From a virus (lineage: Duplodnaviria > Caudoviricetes), in IMG/VR virus record IMGVR_UViG_3300017914_000233, positions 1 to 47,310 of that record: DNA of 47,310 nucleotides; one strand, given 5' to 3'. A program made the position numbers and the translations under genes. This document shows, in pieces, positions 1 to 8,301 of the stretch. Within the stretch, counting starts at the first letter, position 1, and every line of letters starts with the position of its first letter. Under the pieces are notes generated by a model. It did not search any database. It worked only from the letters and a program-made list of their open reading frames with translations, and was not told the DNA's origin.

Positions 1-183
1 ATACAATGCAGGATCATCTAAGTCAACCTCAGTAACACCTGCATCTCTAAAGTTTTCTTTAGCAGATTCCCAAGAGTTTTTAGCAAATGCTAGTGGGTTA
101 AAAGTATCTCTAGGTTTGCTTGGTGTTCTGTCATCATCTACTGCAGGTAGCATTGAGTCCATCTGAGAAGAAACGTTAGCCAT
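1..183 (-). CDS. Partial hypothetical protein (N-terminus MANVSSQMDSMLPAVDDD...), runs off the left edge
   Basis: Translated by hand: ATG at 183 overlaps the end of the 62-aa ORF; frame open to position 1. Confidence 0.7.
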   Translation of the reverse strand, partial: MANVSSQMDSMLPAVDDDRTPSKPRDTFNPLAFAKNSWESAKENFRDAGVTEVDLDDPALY

Positions 184-364
184 TCACTTTATCCCGCAGT
201 AGTTTTAGAGAACGAAGAGCACGAACTTCACCTTGAAGTCTGTAAATCTCTTCCATCTCATTACGTTGTTCTAGTTGTTTATGTGCAAATGTTATCCGAG
301 AGTCTAACTCTTCTAACAATGCATCCCAAGAATCTTTAGTATTTACGATAAGCTTTAGGCTCAT
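176..364 (-). CDS. Small helical hypothetical protein directly after portal
   Basis: 62-aa ORF, ATGA overlap with portal stop. Confidence 0.75.
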   Translation of the reverse strand: MSLKLIVNTKDSWDALLEELDSRITFAHKQLEQRNEMEEIYRLQGEVRALRSLKLLRDKVNG

Positions 365-2505
365 GCTGCACCTTGTTCACCAGTATTGCCTGAGAAGCCC
401 TGTTCTCCTGGCTGAGGGGCTGTACCGATTCCGATGTTACCACCCCCGCCTCCAGCTGTATCCCCTACTCCTGGGGCTGCTCCTTGGCCCTCTGGGGCTT
501 GCCCTTGTTGAGGTGGTAGTGGTTGACCATCTGGACCTACTTGAGGTTGTGGTTCTGGGGGATTAGCCTCTTGGAACTTCTTCAGAATTTCTGCTTGTAC
601 TGCAGCATCAGACATAGAGTTTACTAGCTTATCTGGATCAAGATCCATAGACTTAGCAATCTCACGAATGATATAATCCATCTTAGCAAACGGTGCTAGT
701 ACAGGGTTTTGTACAACTTGCAAGAACTGCATTAGTCGTTGGCTACGTACTTCGTTAGCCATCAAGCTTTCTGTACCACGAGCTTTTACATCTAAGTCAC
801 CTTTGATTTCTTCATCAAAGTCAAACTGCATGTTAAAGTGGAAGAATGCTTTTGCTAGAGGACCAAGTAGATAATCATCTACGTTTTTGATTACGTTACG
901 GATAGAGCCGTTGGCAGCAGACATAAGCATAGAAATACCAGAGGCAGTACGACCAACTCCCTGTACGCCTGTCTGACCATGTGCGAAGGAAGGGAAGCCA
1001 GTTGATTCATCTGCTAATACCCGTGCTTTATCGAACATCTGCATGTTCTCGTTTGATACGTTAGGAAACTTAGTGCCGAAGATAGCCTGACCAGGAGCAC
1101 CACCTTGACGGCGGAATACCTTACCAGGATATACTGACAGGTCTTGCCCAGGAACTAGGTTAGTCTCGTCAACTTCGATTAGCATGTTTCCTGACAGTGC
1201 AGCATTATCTACTGCCATACGCATAAAGCCATTCATCAATGTTTGAGTATCGTCCATGTTTTCTGCTAGACCAACACCAAACATGTTATATGGATTTACT
1301 TCGTAAGGAACTGCATAGTAAGGAATAATAGATGGGGTAAACGGATTCATCACTAGTCGTAGGACTTGGCCATTACATACCCAGATGTTTACGGATACTT
1401 GATCCATATCTTTTAGATCATCTGGGATGTCTACATCATGTCCTTCTAAGACTTCAGTATCAACATTTCCCCAAAACTCTAGAACTTCAAAACGTTCTGA
1501 ACGAGACTCTTGCGAGTCATCTTCCATAACTTGCTCCCACCACTCTTTGGTGTAAGACTCACCCATAGAGATTGAGGTATCAATAGCATTTGAACGGAAG
1601 AAAGGACGGTTTTTAAGTGCACGTAGTTGTGAACGTGACATCTTATGACGTTCTACTACATACTCTGCTTCGTCCATGTTTGCTGCATCTGGATCAGGAT
1701 AGAAGTTCCAAATAGATACAGAAGAAGTTTGTGGTACAGTTTTAAACTTAGGTGAGTAGTTACCTTCCCCATCCCAGTTAGGATATTCTTTGTCTATAGC
1801 AAACGGGCCTTTCATGACCCCAGTGCCAAACAAAGCACACTCAAATGCTGCTACACGTAGTTGTTTATTTGCACCAGACTCTTCTAGCTGATCATGGATT
1901 TTCTTTTCCATTTTCTTAGCTGAAAGCATTGCAGGGTGAATAGTAATCTCTGTAGCAGTTTTACCTTCACCTTCTTTAAGCTTGTCTGCAACTGGCTGAA
2001 GTTTATTTTTTAAACCTGCAAGACGTTCCTGCAAGTCTACAATAGTTTCACCAGGACGTAGTCTTGTTTCTTCAATACCAAATTGATCCTTAGCCTGTAC
2101 CATCTGGTCGTTAGACTCAAAGTGTACAGCTTCAGCTACACCCTCTGGCAAAGTTGTAGGATCAATAGTAATAGGAAACTTGTTGTTGCCAAACAATACG
2201 TCTACGATTTGACCGTAAGCAGCAAGCACTTTAGTTTTTGTAATTTTTACAAATACACGAGACTTTTCTGTAGAAGTAAACTGTACGTCTGATCCATACA
2301 ACCCACGGTAGTTACGATAAGCTTTTACCCAACGTTGTTCTTCTGTCTCACGTGCAGTAGATGCTTTGCTATAACGTTCTCTAACAAAACCCACAACTGT
2401 ACCAGACAAAGGATCTGAATACGTATCTTTATCTGTATCTTCTATGGCTTGGCTTTCTATAAAGTCCATTGCCATTTCATTTTCAAAGATGTCGTCTTCT
2501 TCCAT
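361..2505 (-). CDS. Portal protein (podovirus type)
   Basis: 714 aa, follows TerL; FYPDPDA, G.GLAE and TASGISML segments typical of podovirus portals; low-complexity Q/P/G tail; AAGGA RBS. Confidence 0.88.
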   Translation of the reverse strand: MEEDDIFENEMAMDFIESQAIEDTDKDTYSDPLSGTVVGFVRERYSKASTARETEEQRWVKAYRNYRGLYGSDVQFTSTEKSRVFVKITKTKVLAAYGQIVDVLFGNNKFPITIDPTTLPEGVAEAVHFESNDQMVQAKDQFGIEETRLRPGETIVDLQERLAGLKNKLQPVADKLKEGEGKTATEITIHPAMLSAKKMEKKIHDQLEESGANKQLRVAAFECALFGTGVMKGPFAIDKEYPNWDGEGNYSPKFKTVPQTSSVSIWNFYPDPDAANMDEAEYVVERHKMSRSQLRALKNRPFFRSNAIDTSISMGESYTKEWWEQVMEDDSQESRSERFEVLEFWGNVDTEVLEGHDVDIPDDLKDMDQVSVNIWVCNGQVLRLVMNPFTPSIIPYYAVPYEVNPYNMFGVGLAENMDDTQTLMNGFMRMAVDNAALSGNMLIEVDETNLVPGQDLSVYPGKVFRRQGGAPGQAIFGTKFPNVSNENMQMFDKARVLADESTGFPSFAHGQTGVQGVGRTASGISMLMSAANGSIRNVIKNVDDYLLGPLAKAFFHFNMQFDFDEEIKGDLDVKARGTESLMANEVRSQRLMQFLQVVQNPVLAPFAKMDYIIREIAKSMDLDPDKLVNSMSDAAVQAEILKKFQEANPPEPQPQVGPDGQPLPPQQGQAPEGQGAAPGVGDTAGGGGGNIGIGTAPQPGEQGFSGNTGEQGAA

Positions 2506-2514
2506 AGTTTTTCC

Positions 2515-4083
2515 TTAATATCCAAAAGTAGGGTCACTTGCTTGGAACCCGACCTTTTGTGTTGGACTGTAATCAAACAAGCTGCTTCTTGGTCTTGTCA
2601 TAACGCCATATCTTAATGCGTCATAAAGGTGATCTTCTGCATTTGTATCTACATCTTCTGGATTATTTTTATCCAAAGGTATAGCTGGTAGTTGAGAGAT
2701 TAGGTTCTTGCAAGTATTAAAGATAACCATTCTAGGCTCTTCTGTAAACTCATCTACTTGCAATCGTCTATGTATTTCGTTTTTACCTGAAACACGAGAA
2801 CCCTTTGATCTATCTGCAGGACGCCAACGGCAACCTTTTGTAATCATCTGCTCTGCTAGACTTGGACCAGTATCACCACGTTTATGCCACAAAGAAGAGT
2901 CGAGTACTCCATAACGTATCTTTTCGTCAGCTTCTTCATCTAGAATCATATCAGCTAAATCTGTAGCAAGAACTCTGCTAACGTACATTTCTCTGTATAC
3001 GATTAACTGTTCATCTGGTGCTACAGCAATCCATACGACACCAGAGTAAGAACCATAACCATAGTCACAGGCTCTAAATTTTGGCCAGTTGTAGGGAATC
3101 TCAAAAGGTTCTACCACATGAAGCTTGCGGCTAAACTCAGGGAAGGCTGCTCCCTCGTTAATGTCCCAATCGCCTTCCAGTAGTTGTCTTCTTTGATGTT
3201 CAGGGAGAGACAATAGGTTGGCTTCATACATCCCATCGTCAGACAGGTAAGGGTTATCAAACAGAGTTGCAGGGATAAACTTCCTTTTAAATAGGGGTTC
3301 ACCCTCCCTACTGTGTCCTTTAGGCCAACAGATTACTTCACCACTGTCTGTATCTGTAGCCCAGAATGCCTTGTTAGGTACTTGGGGATCAATAAAAGTT
3401 TTCTTTGCCCAAGCATGTCCTGGCCCACCTGGGTTGGTTGTAGCCCTCATATATAAAGGTAGCCCACTAGCTTTGGTTGAACGAAGACGTGACCTCATAT
3501 AGTTCCAAGGATAGGGTGTAGGCCATTGCGTTAATTCGTCAAAACCAATCCAGTTAAATGCCTGACCTTGATATCTCATAACGTCATCATCACGATCAAG
3601 GTAAGACATCCAGAGTGTAGCTCCACTAGGGGCTACCCAAGTCTTATCTCTTTCCATAAACTTAATACCAGGAATGGCTCTTGGATAAAGTTGTTTAGAA
3701 ACTGAGATAAGCTCTCTTAGTTCTTCTGTTGATCTACGGACAAGAAGCATTCTTGCCTGTGAGTTATTCAAGTATCTAACTGGGTCAGCAACCATTGCAT
3801 ATGATTTACCGCCACCAGCAGCACCACCATACAATACTTCTTGTTCTGTAGCAGAAAGAAAGGCTGTTTGTGGTCCTGGATTTGGCTCAAAGAGAATCTC
3901 ACGTTGAGCCTTTTCTACATCAATCGGTTCTGGTTTCGGAGTTGCTGGAGCTTTCGTCTCCACTAAAGTCTCTTCTGGCACCGATTCTTTCTTTTTCGAG
4001 CTTTTCCGCCTTTTCTGCTGCCTCTCTGTACCTTTGGGCATAGAAATCTTGGATTCTAGCTGCATTCTTACGTTTTTGCTCAA
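2515..4083 (-). CDS. terL: Terminase large subunit (true start uncertain, possibly GTG at 3981)
   Basis: Walker A YGGAAGGGKS, Walker B IGFDE, ATTNPGG coupling motif, DYG and DHLYDALRY nuclease motifs. Confidence 0.95.
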   Translation of the reverse strand: MSKNVRMQLESKISMPKGTERQQKRRKSSKKKESVPEETLVETKAPATPKPEPIDVEKAQREILFEPNPGPQTAFLSATEQEVLYGGAAGGGKSYAMVADPVRYLNNSQARMLLVRRSTEELRELISVSKQLYPRAIPGIKFMERDKTWVAPSGATLWMSYLDRDDDVMRYQGQAFNWIGFDELTQWPTPYPWNYMRSRLRSTKASGLPLYMRATTNPGGPGHAWAKKTFIDPQVPNKAFWATDTDSGEVICWPKGHSREGEPLFKRKFIPATLFDNPYLSDDGMYEANLLSLPEHQRRQLLEGDWDINEGAAFPEFSRKLHVVEPFEIPYNWPKFRACDYGYGSYSGVVWIAVAPDEQLIVYREMYVSRVLATDLADMILDEEADEKIRYGVLDSSLWHKRGDTGPSLAEQMITKGCRWRPADRSKGSRVSGKNEIHRRLQVDEFTEEPRMVIFNTCKNLISQLPAIPLDKNNPEDVDTNAEDHLYDALRYGVMTRPRSSLFDYSPTQKVGFQASDPTFGY

Positions 4084-4357
4084 GTTTGATCCTCTTAAAT
4101 AAACCTACGTGAGAGATATTTCTTCCAGAGGTGGTACTCAACCAAGCAGCTACTTGTCGATAACTATATTTTTTAAGGTGGGTCTTAGCTTGTTCAAAAA
4201 GCTCTAATTCTTCTGGAATTGGCAGTAGTATATCACAGTCTTCGGGGTCTTGTCTATACCCAAATGGTATAGTTCTACCAATTCTTACTACTGGAACCCA
4301 TTCATAGTTACCATTTACTTTTTGTGGTTTAGGTAATTGCCAAGTTTTAGTCTTCAT
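3920..4357 (-). CDS. Putative DNA-binding protein with recombinase-domain-like PFGY/HTH pattern
   Basis: IPFGY...EELELF...SYRQVAAWL pattern; lies between TerS and TerL. Confidence 0.55.
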   Translation of the reverse strand: MKTKTWQLPKPQKVNGNYEWVPVVRIGRTIPFGYRQDPEDCDILLPIPEELELFEQAKTHLKKYSYRQVAAWLSTTSGRNISHVGLFKRIKLEQKRKNAARIQDFYAQRYREAAEKAEKLEKERIGARRDFSGDESSSNSETRTD

Positions 4358-4712
4358 CTGCTTTTGGAGGCAGAATAAACAAAGGACTCTCAGCTTTAAC
4401 TTCGACTTTTTCTGTTTTTACAAAGCCAGCTCTATCAAGGAAGTCCTTAGCTGCTGCCATCTTCTCTTTATTGCCCAAGTCGGTGGGGTTTTGCATTACT
4501 TGCACCATAGACCAAACAGCTTTTGGTCCATTTTGTGCAATAAAATCACGAGTACGTTCAGCTACTTCATTCTTTAGAGATGCCATAACTGTAGTACTGG
4601 ATGTGCCTTCGGCATACCCTGCAATTTTTAATGCTTTTACAGGGTTGCCTTCGGCTTCATTAAACAGTGCATCTAAAAATGCTTGTTGTTTTTCAGTAAG
4701 CTGTCTTTCCAT
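4347..4712 (-). CDS. Terminase small subunit-like protein
   Basis: N-terminal LTEKQQAF...N...A.K.AGY HTH pattern; upstream of TerL. Confidence 0.7.
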   Translation of the reverse strand: MERQLTEKQQAFLDALFNEAEGNPVKALKIAGYAEGTSSTTVMASLKNEVAERTRDFIAQNGPKAVWSMVQVMQNPTDLGNKEKMAAAKDFLDRAGFVKTEKVEVKAESPLFILPPKADED

Positions 4713-4869
4713 TATAAACTACATCTCTAATCTGACCACGTCCGATACCAATATCTTGTAACTCTTTGTCAGACATAGAACCTAGTTGCATCATTGCGAT
4801 TCTACGGTCTGCTTCTGCTTGACGTGATTTTTGAATTGCGATTAATACTCTTTTTAAAAAGTTTAACAT
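4693..4869 (-). CDS. DUF1127 (YjiS-like) small protein, 58 aa
   Basis: LGSMSDKELQDIGIGRGQI matches the DUF1127 signature; AGGAG RBS before ATG at 4869 (shorter than the ORF-track call). Confidence 0.85.
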   Translation of the reverse strand: MLNFLKRVLIAIQKSRQAEADRRIAMMQLGSMSDKELQDIGIGRGQIRDVVYNGKTAY

Positions 4870-4926
4870 TTGTGTACTCCTATGTAAAGTAGCATTATTG
4901 CTACAAGGAGTAGTTTTACACATATA

Positions 4927-4955
4927 GTTATAACATACTATTGCTAATATTGCAA
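4927..4955 (-). promoter_or_regulatory. Sigma70-type promoter for the DUF1127 gene
   Basis: TTGCAA-N17-TATAAC on the - strand in the intergenic gap. Confidence 0.65.
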
Positions 4956-4960
4956 CCCCG

Positions 4961-5323
4961 TTATGCAGGTTGAAAATGTTCTTCACCTGAAAGAATAATA
5001 TGAAAGTCGCCACCAGATTCTTTGTGAGCTACAATCTTATCTCCAGCTTCTAGTGCAATATACCCACCACCTTGAATAAACTCATGCACTGTGTTTGCAT
5101 CTGGTTTAAACTCATCAGCAATGTGGTGATATATTGTAGTTGAAGCATCATACCAGTGGATACTTATTTTCTTTTGTGCATCACCGTTAGATACATGTAA
5201 GTATCTTACTAAAGAGATAAAATTATTAGGGCATGTATAAATCACATCAGAAGAAGCCCCACCTGAAGTGGAGCTAATATCTTTTGCTGCAGTAAAGAAT
5301 TTAGCTGTACTAATACTGGCCAT
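4961..5323 (-). CDS. Hypothetical beta-rich protein
   Basis: 120-aa ORF, TAATG coupling to upstream gene. Confidence 0.75.
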   Translation of the reverse strand: MASISTAKFFTAAKDISSTSGGASSDVIYTCPNNFISLVRYLHVSNGDAQKKISIHWYDASTTIYHHIADEFKPDANTVHEFIQGGGYIALEAGDKIVAHKESGGDFHIILSGEEHFQPA

Positions 5324-5976
5324 TACTTAAACAAACCTTTAGAACGGTGATCTGTGTGGCCAGTACGAGAACGAACTGAACCACCTGCCGCATAACCAGA
5401 TTTTTTCTTAGCCATACCACCTTTGTACATTTTACGTGGGTCTTTTTTCTTCCTATTAGAAAGCCCACCAGATCTTCTAAGGTTACTAAAAAATCTTACG
5501 ATGTCGTCCATGTAGGTAGTAGGATCATCTGCAGTTTCCTGTTCGATATCCTTCATAATTTTTTTGACACGTTTCTTATTAGCTTCTGATACTTCTGCAC
5601 TCTTAATGGCTTCTTCAGCCATCTTTTTAATTTCAGCTACAGTTTTACCACCTTTTTTAGCTACAGTTTTGTTGTCAGTTTTTTTAGAGTCTTCATTTGG
5701 AGTAACTCTAGAACGTCCACTATATACTTTAGGAGTATCTTTAGTTGAACCTGAATCTGGACGTAGCTTTGGACGAAGTGGTCCTTTATCTTTTAAATCC
5801 TCGGCATAAACAGCTAATTTAGCTTTACCATTTTTATCTGTGTAGTACAGTGAGCCAGCTCGTTTAGCTGCTGCAATACTTTTGTACTCACCTGCCTTCT
5901 TTTTAGCTTCAGAAGAAGACATACCTTTGTCTTTTAGCCATTTGTTGGCGTATTCTCTTAGTGACATCTTAGCCAT
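5323..5976 (-). CDS. Lys-rich hypothetical protein with C-terminal GG motifs
   Basis: 217 aa, GGAG RBS, TAATG coupling. Confidence 0.75.
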   Translation of the reverse strand: MAKMSLREYANKWLKDKGMSSSEAKKKAGEYKSIAAAKRAGSLYYTDKNGKAKLAVYAEDLKDKGPLRPKLRPDSGSTKDTPKVYSGRSRVTPNEDSKKTDNKTVAKKGGKTVAEIKKMAEEAIKSAEVSEANKKRVKKIMKDIEQETADDPTTYMDDIVRFFSNLRRSGGLSNRKKKDPRKMYKGGMAKKKSGYAAGGSVRSRTGHTDHRSKGLFK

Positions 5977-6401
5977 TATTTATCTCCACATCCTTTAATG
6001 CCAGTGCTTAATTTACCTGTTGACTTAACTAGACCACCTTCTTTGTAGCCTTTTTTAGCCATACCACCTTTATTCATATAGCCCATTCTATTACGTACTG
6101 CCGTTGGCAGTTTTTTCAAACCTGTTTGATTTGCTGCTGGTTTTTTCATAGCCATTCCACCTTCTGCTGCTCTGAATTTCCTTACTTTTTCTGCGACTTT
6201 TTTAGGTTGAGCCACAAACTGCTTACCTGCCTTAGTGCCTTTTCGTTTTGCTCTTGTAGTGGCTGCGTACTCAGAATTACTAAGAGACTTAATAGCCGCA
6301 GAAGGTAAATACCTCTCACCAGTCTTAGCACTAGGCTTCCCAGACTTGGTTCTCCACTTTTGCTTTGTCCACTTTTTGAGGGACTTTTGAGGAGCCTTCA
6401 T
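5976..6401 (-). CDS. Basic protein, DUF5872-like (141 aa)
   Basis: QKSLKKWTKQKWRT..GERYLP..GKQFV pattern; ATG at 6401 with GGAGG RBS and ATGA overlap. Confidence 0.7.
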   Translation of the reverse strand: MKAPQKSLKKWTKQKWRTKSGKPSAKTGERYLPSAAIKSLSNSEYAATTRAKRKGTKAGKQFVAQPKKVAEKVRKFRAAEGGMAMKKPAANQTGLKKLPTAVRNRMGYMNKGGMAKKGYKEGGLVKSTGKLSTGIKGCGDK

Positions 6402-6664
6402 GACTTGTAGCCTCCACCTTTTGCTTTGTATTGCTTGGCCACCATCTGGGCTTTTCTCGCAGACCATTGTCCAGGTTTGCCACCTTTTGAACCCGCCTTG
6501 ACTTGTTGTACAAGTTTTCTACGCATTGTAGGTTTTGTGTAGTTCCCAGCAGCATTAATAGTATCTCCACCTTTAGACATACGTATCGGTTTCTTTTTCT
6601 TAGCAGCTGCTTTCTTTTTAGCAATGGCTACTGCTGCTTGCTGTGCTCTGGATTTATAAGGCAT
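6398..6664 (-). CDS. Basic protein with KGGKPGQWSARKAQ motif (88 aa)
   Basis: ATG at 6664 (MPYKS), TAATG overlap, GGAG RBS. Confidence 0.7.
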   Translation of the reverse strand: MPYKSRAQQAAVAIAKKKAAAKKKKPIRMSKGGDTINAAGNYTKPTMRRKLVQQVKAGSKGGKPGQWSARKAQMVAKQYKAKGGGYKS

Positions 6665-6852
6665 TATGCACTGTCTCCTTTGACTTTGTGGCAGTGTGGA
6701 GTAGCATAAGCACCACCCTGTCTTACTTGAGTAGCCATCTGTTCTGCTTCTTCTAGGCAAGCTTGCTCACTGTAAAAGGGTTCTGACTTAGCTATGATCT
6801 TACAGGATAATGCCATAGGATCAAAACATACTAGTAAGATACCAATCCACAT
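6664..6852 (-). CDS. Small Cys-containing protein with hydrophobic N-terminus (62 aa)
   Basis: ATG at 6852 (MWIGILLVC), packed between neighbours. Confidence 0.6.
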   Translation of the reverse strand: MWIGILLVCFDPMALSCKIIAKSEPFYSEQACLEEAEQMATQVRQGGAYATPHCHKVKGDSA

Positions 6853-6856
6853 TTTA

Positions 6857-7174
6857 CTATTCTTTCTCTTCGTCCATCTCCATGCCTTCACACTCCCAAG
6901 CTTGGCAAGAAGCTTCTTGAGAACACATGAATTTAAACTTTAAGCAAGCACCTTGATCAGACTTACCCTTTAGTTTCTTTAAGGTTCTAGCTCTGTTATC
7001 AAAATACTCACAGTTACCACATTTTTTCAACTTAGCATAAGAAAGCTTTACGTCCCATGCTTTAGCTAACTCTTCTTCGGAAGCACCGTACATCCAATAT
7101 TCTTCTGCACGAGTTTTGTTTTTTGGATCTACTTCTGGTGTTTCATTTCCCACCATTAAACCGATTTTCATCAT
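6857..7174 (-). CDS. Cys-rich putative metal-binding protein
   Basis: CGNC...GAC...C...C..W pattern; ATGA overlap. Confidence 0.65.
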   Translation of the reverse strand: MMKIGLMVGNETPEVDPKNKTRAEEYWMYGASEEELAKAWDVKLSYAKLKKCGNCEYFDNRARTLKKLKGKSDQGACLKFKFMCSQEASCQAWECEGMEMDEEKE

Positions 7175-7473
7175 TTTTTAGCTTTCCTGTTTTTAGGTGA
7201 GGATTTAGTATTACCACCTGGACCCTTCCAGAGGAATCTACAAGCCCAGTATCTGGGGGTTAGTTTATCAGTGGCAGTGTCACATTTGTGCCTAGCTCTA
7301 AAAGACTTACGAGCTGCTGCACTGTAGTTATGTCCATAGCCAGTAGCACCAAAGTGAATAAGTTTGATCTTATCACCATCTTTGGCTAGTACCATGTACT
7401 TTTTACCTTCACGGTTACTTTTGATAGGTTTGTTGTAACCAGGAAATTTAGTACCTCTATATTCTACACTCAT
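7171..7473 (-). CDS. Basic conserved viral protein (DUF6321-like)
   Basis: HFG..G...RKSFRARHKC...RYWACR.LW pattern. Confidence 0.6.
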   Translation of the reverse strand: MSVEYRGTKFPGYNKPIKSNREGKKYMVLAKDGDKIKLIHFGATGYGHNYSAAARKSFRARHKCDTATDKLTPRYWACRFLWKGPGGNTKSSPKNRKAKK

Positions 7474-7727
7474 ACTCTTTTTCCTGCCCTACTGTTTCTA
7501 GGAAAAGATCTGTTAGCACGTTTGGTAGTTACCTGCAGATTTTTCCTAGAATTGTCTCTAGGATTACCGTTACGGTGATTTACGTCTTTACCATCACCTT
7601 TTTTAACTGCACCAACTTTAGTCAGGGTTCTACGTGCAGCATTTCTGCCAGCTCTATTCTTTTTTTGTTGAGCTGTACCTTGATACCTATCGTATTCTTT
7701 TCGGTAATTCCTAGCCATGTTATCCAA
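7470..7727 (-). CDS. Small HNH-like endonuclease (start may be 7718)
   Basis: KGDGKDVNH.NGNP.DN...NL...NRS, HNH pattern of packaging-linked nucleases. Confidence 0.7.
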   Translation of the reverse strand: MDNMARNYRKEYDRYQGTAQQKKNRAGRNAARRTLTKVGAVKKGDGKDVNHRNGNPRDNSRKNLQVTTKRANRSFPRNSRAGKRV

Positions 7728-7812
7728 TCTGTGAGGGGAACGAGGACGGTTCTCTGTTTACCCCCACCAGTTTATTATAAGTTCGTTAGTTAAAAAACTT
7801 ATACCGCCAAAT

Positions 7813-8286
7813 TTAACGAGTACGTCTTTGAGCAATTCTGCCCTGTCCCATACGTCTTCCTTTTAAATTTGTTATTTTACCTCGTGCTGGTCTACCTGGT
7901 CTAGTAGGCTTAATAGGCATAGGTGTAGGCTTACGTCTACCACGTACTGGTTTAGTAGGTCCAATTGGCATTGGGACTGGCTTACGTCTTCCACGTCCTG
8001 GTTTAGTGGGCATTCCAGGATTTTGTACAGGAGGTTTTTTTCTACCTCCACGACCTGGTTTAGTAGGCAGTAACGTTATAGGCATAGGTGTAGGCTTACG
8101 TCTACCTCTAGTCGGTGGCTTTGCAGGTCTACCAGGTTGGGTTCTACCGCCACCTGTGGGAGGTGATCCTGGAAATGGTACAGGTTTACGTCTACCACGT
8201 GTTGGTGGTTTTGCTGGTCTACCAGGTTGAGTTCTACCACCGCCTCTGGGGGGTGATCCTGGGAATGGAGTTGGTCTTCTTGCCAT
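7813..8286 (-). CDS. Pro/Arg/Gly-rich repeat protein, 157 aa
   Basis: AAGGA RBS; repeat copies differ mainly at synonymous positions, supporting real coding. Confidence 0.75.
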   Translation of the reverse strand: MARRPTPFPGSPPRGGGRTQPGRPAKPPTRGRRKPVPFPGSPPTGGGRTQPGRPAKPPTRGRRKPTPMPITLLPTKPGRGGRKKPPVQNPGMPTKPGRGRRKPVPMPIGPTKPVRGRRKPTPMPIKPTRPGRPARGKITNLKGRRMGQGRIAQRRTR

Positions 8287-8301
8287 TGTAATAACTTCCT
8301 T

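Noticed and set aside
4870-5013. Longer 106-aa version of the DUF1127 ORF
   Set aside because: Extension overlaps the upstream gene and promoter; the SD supports ATG 4869
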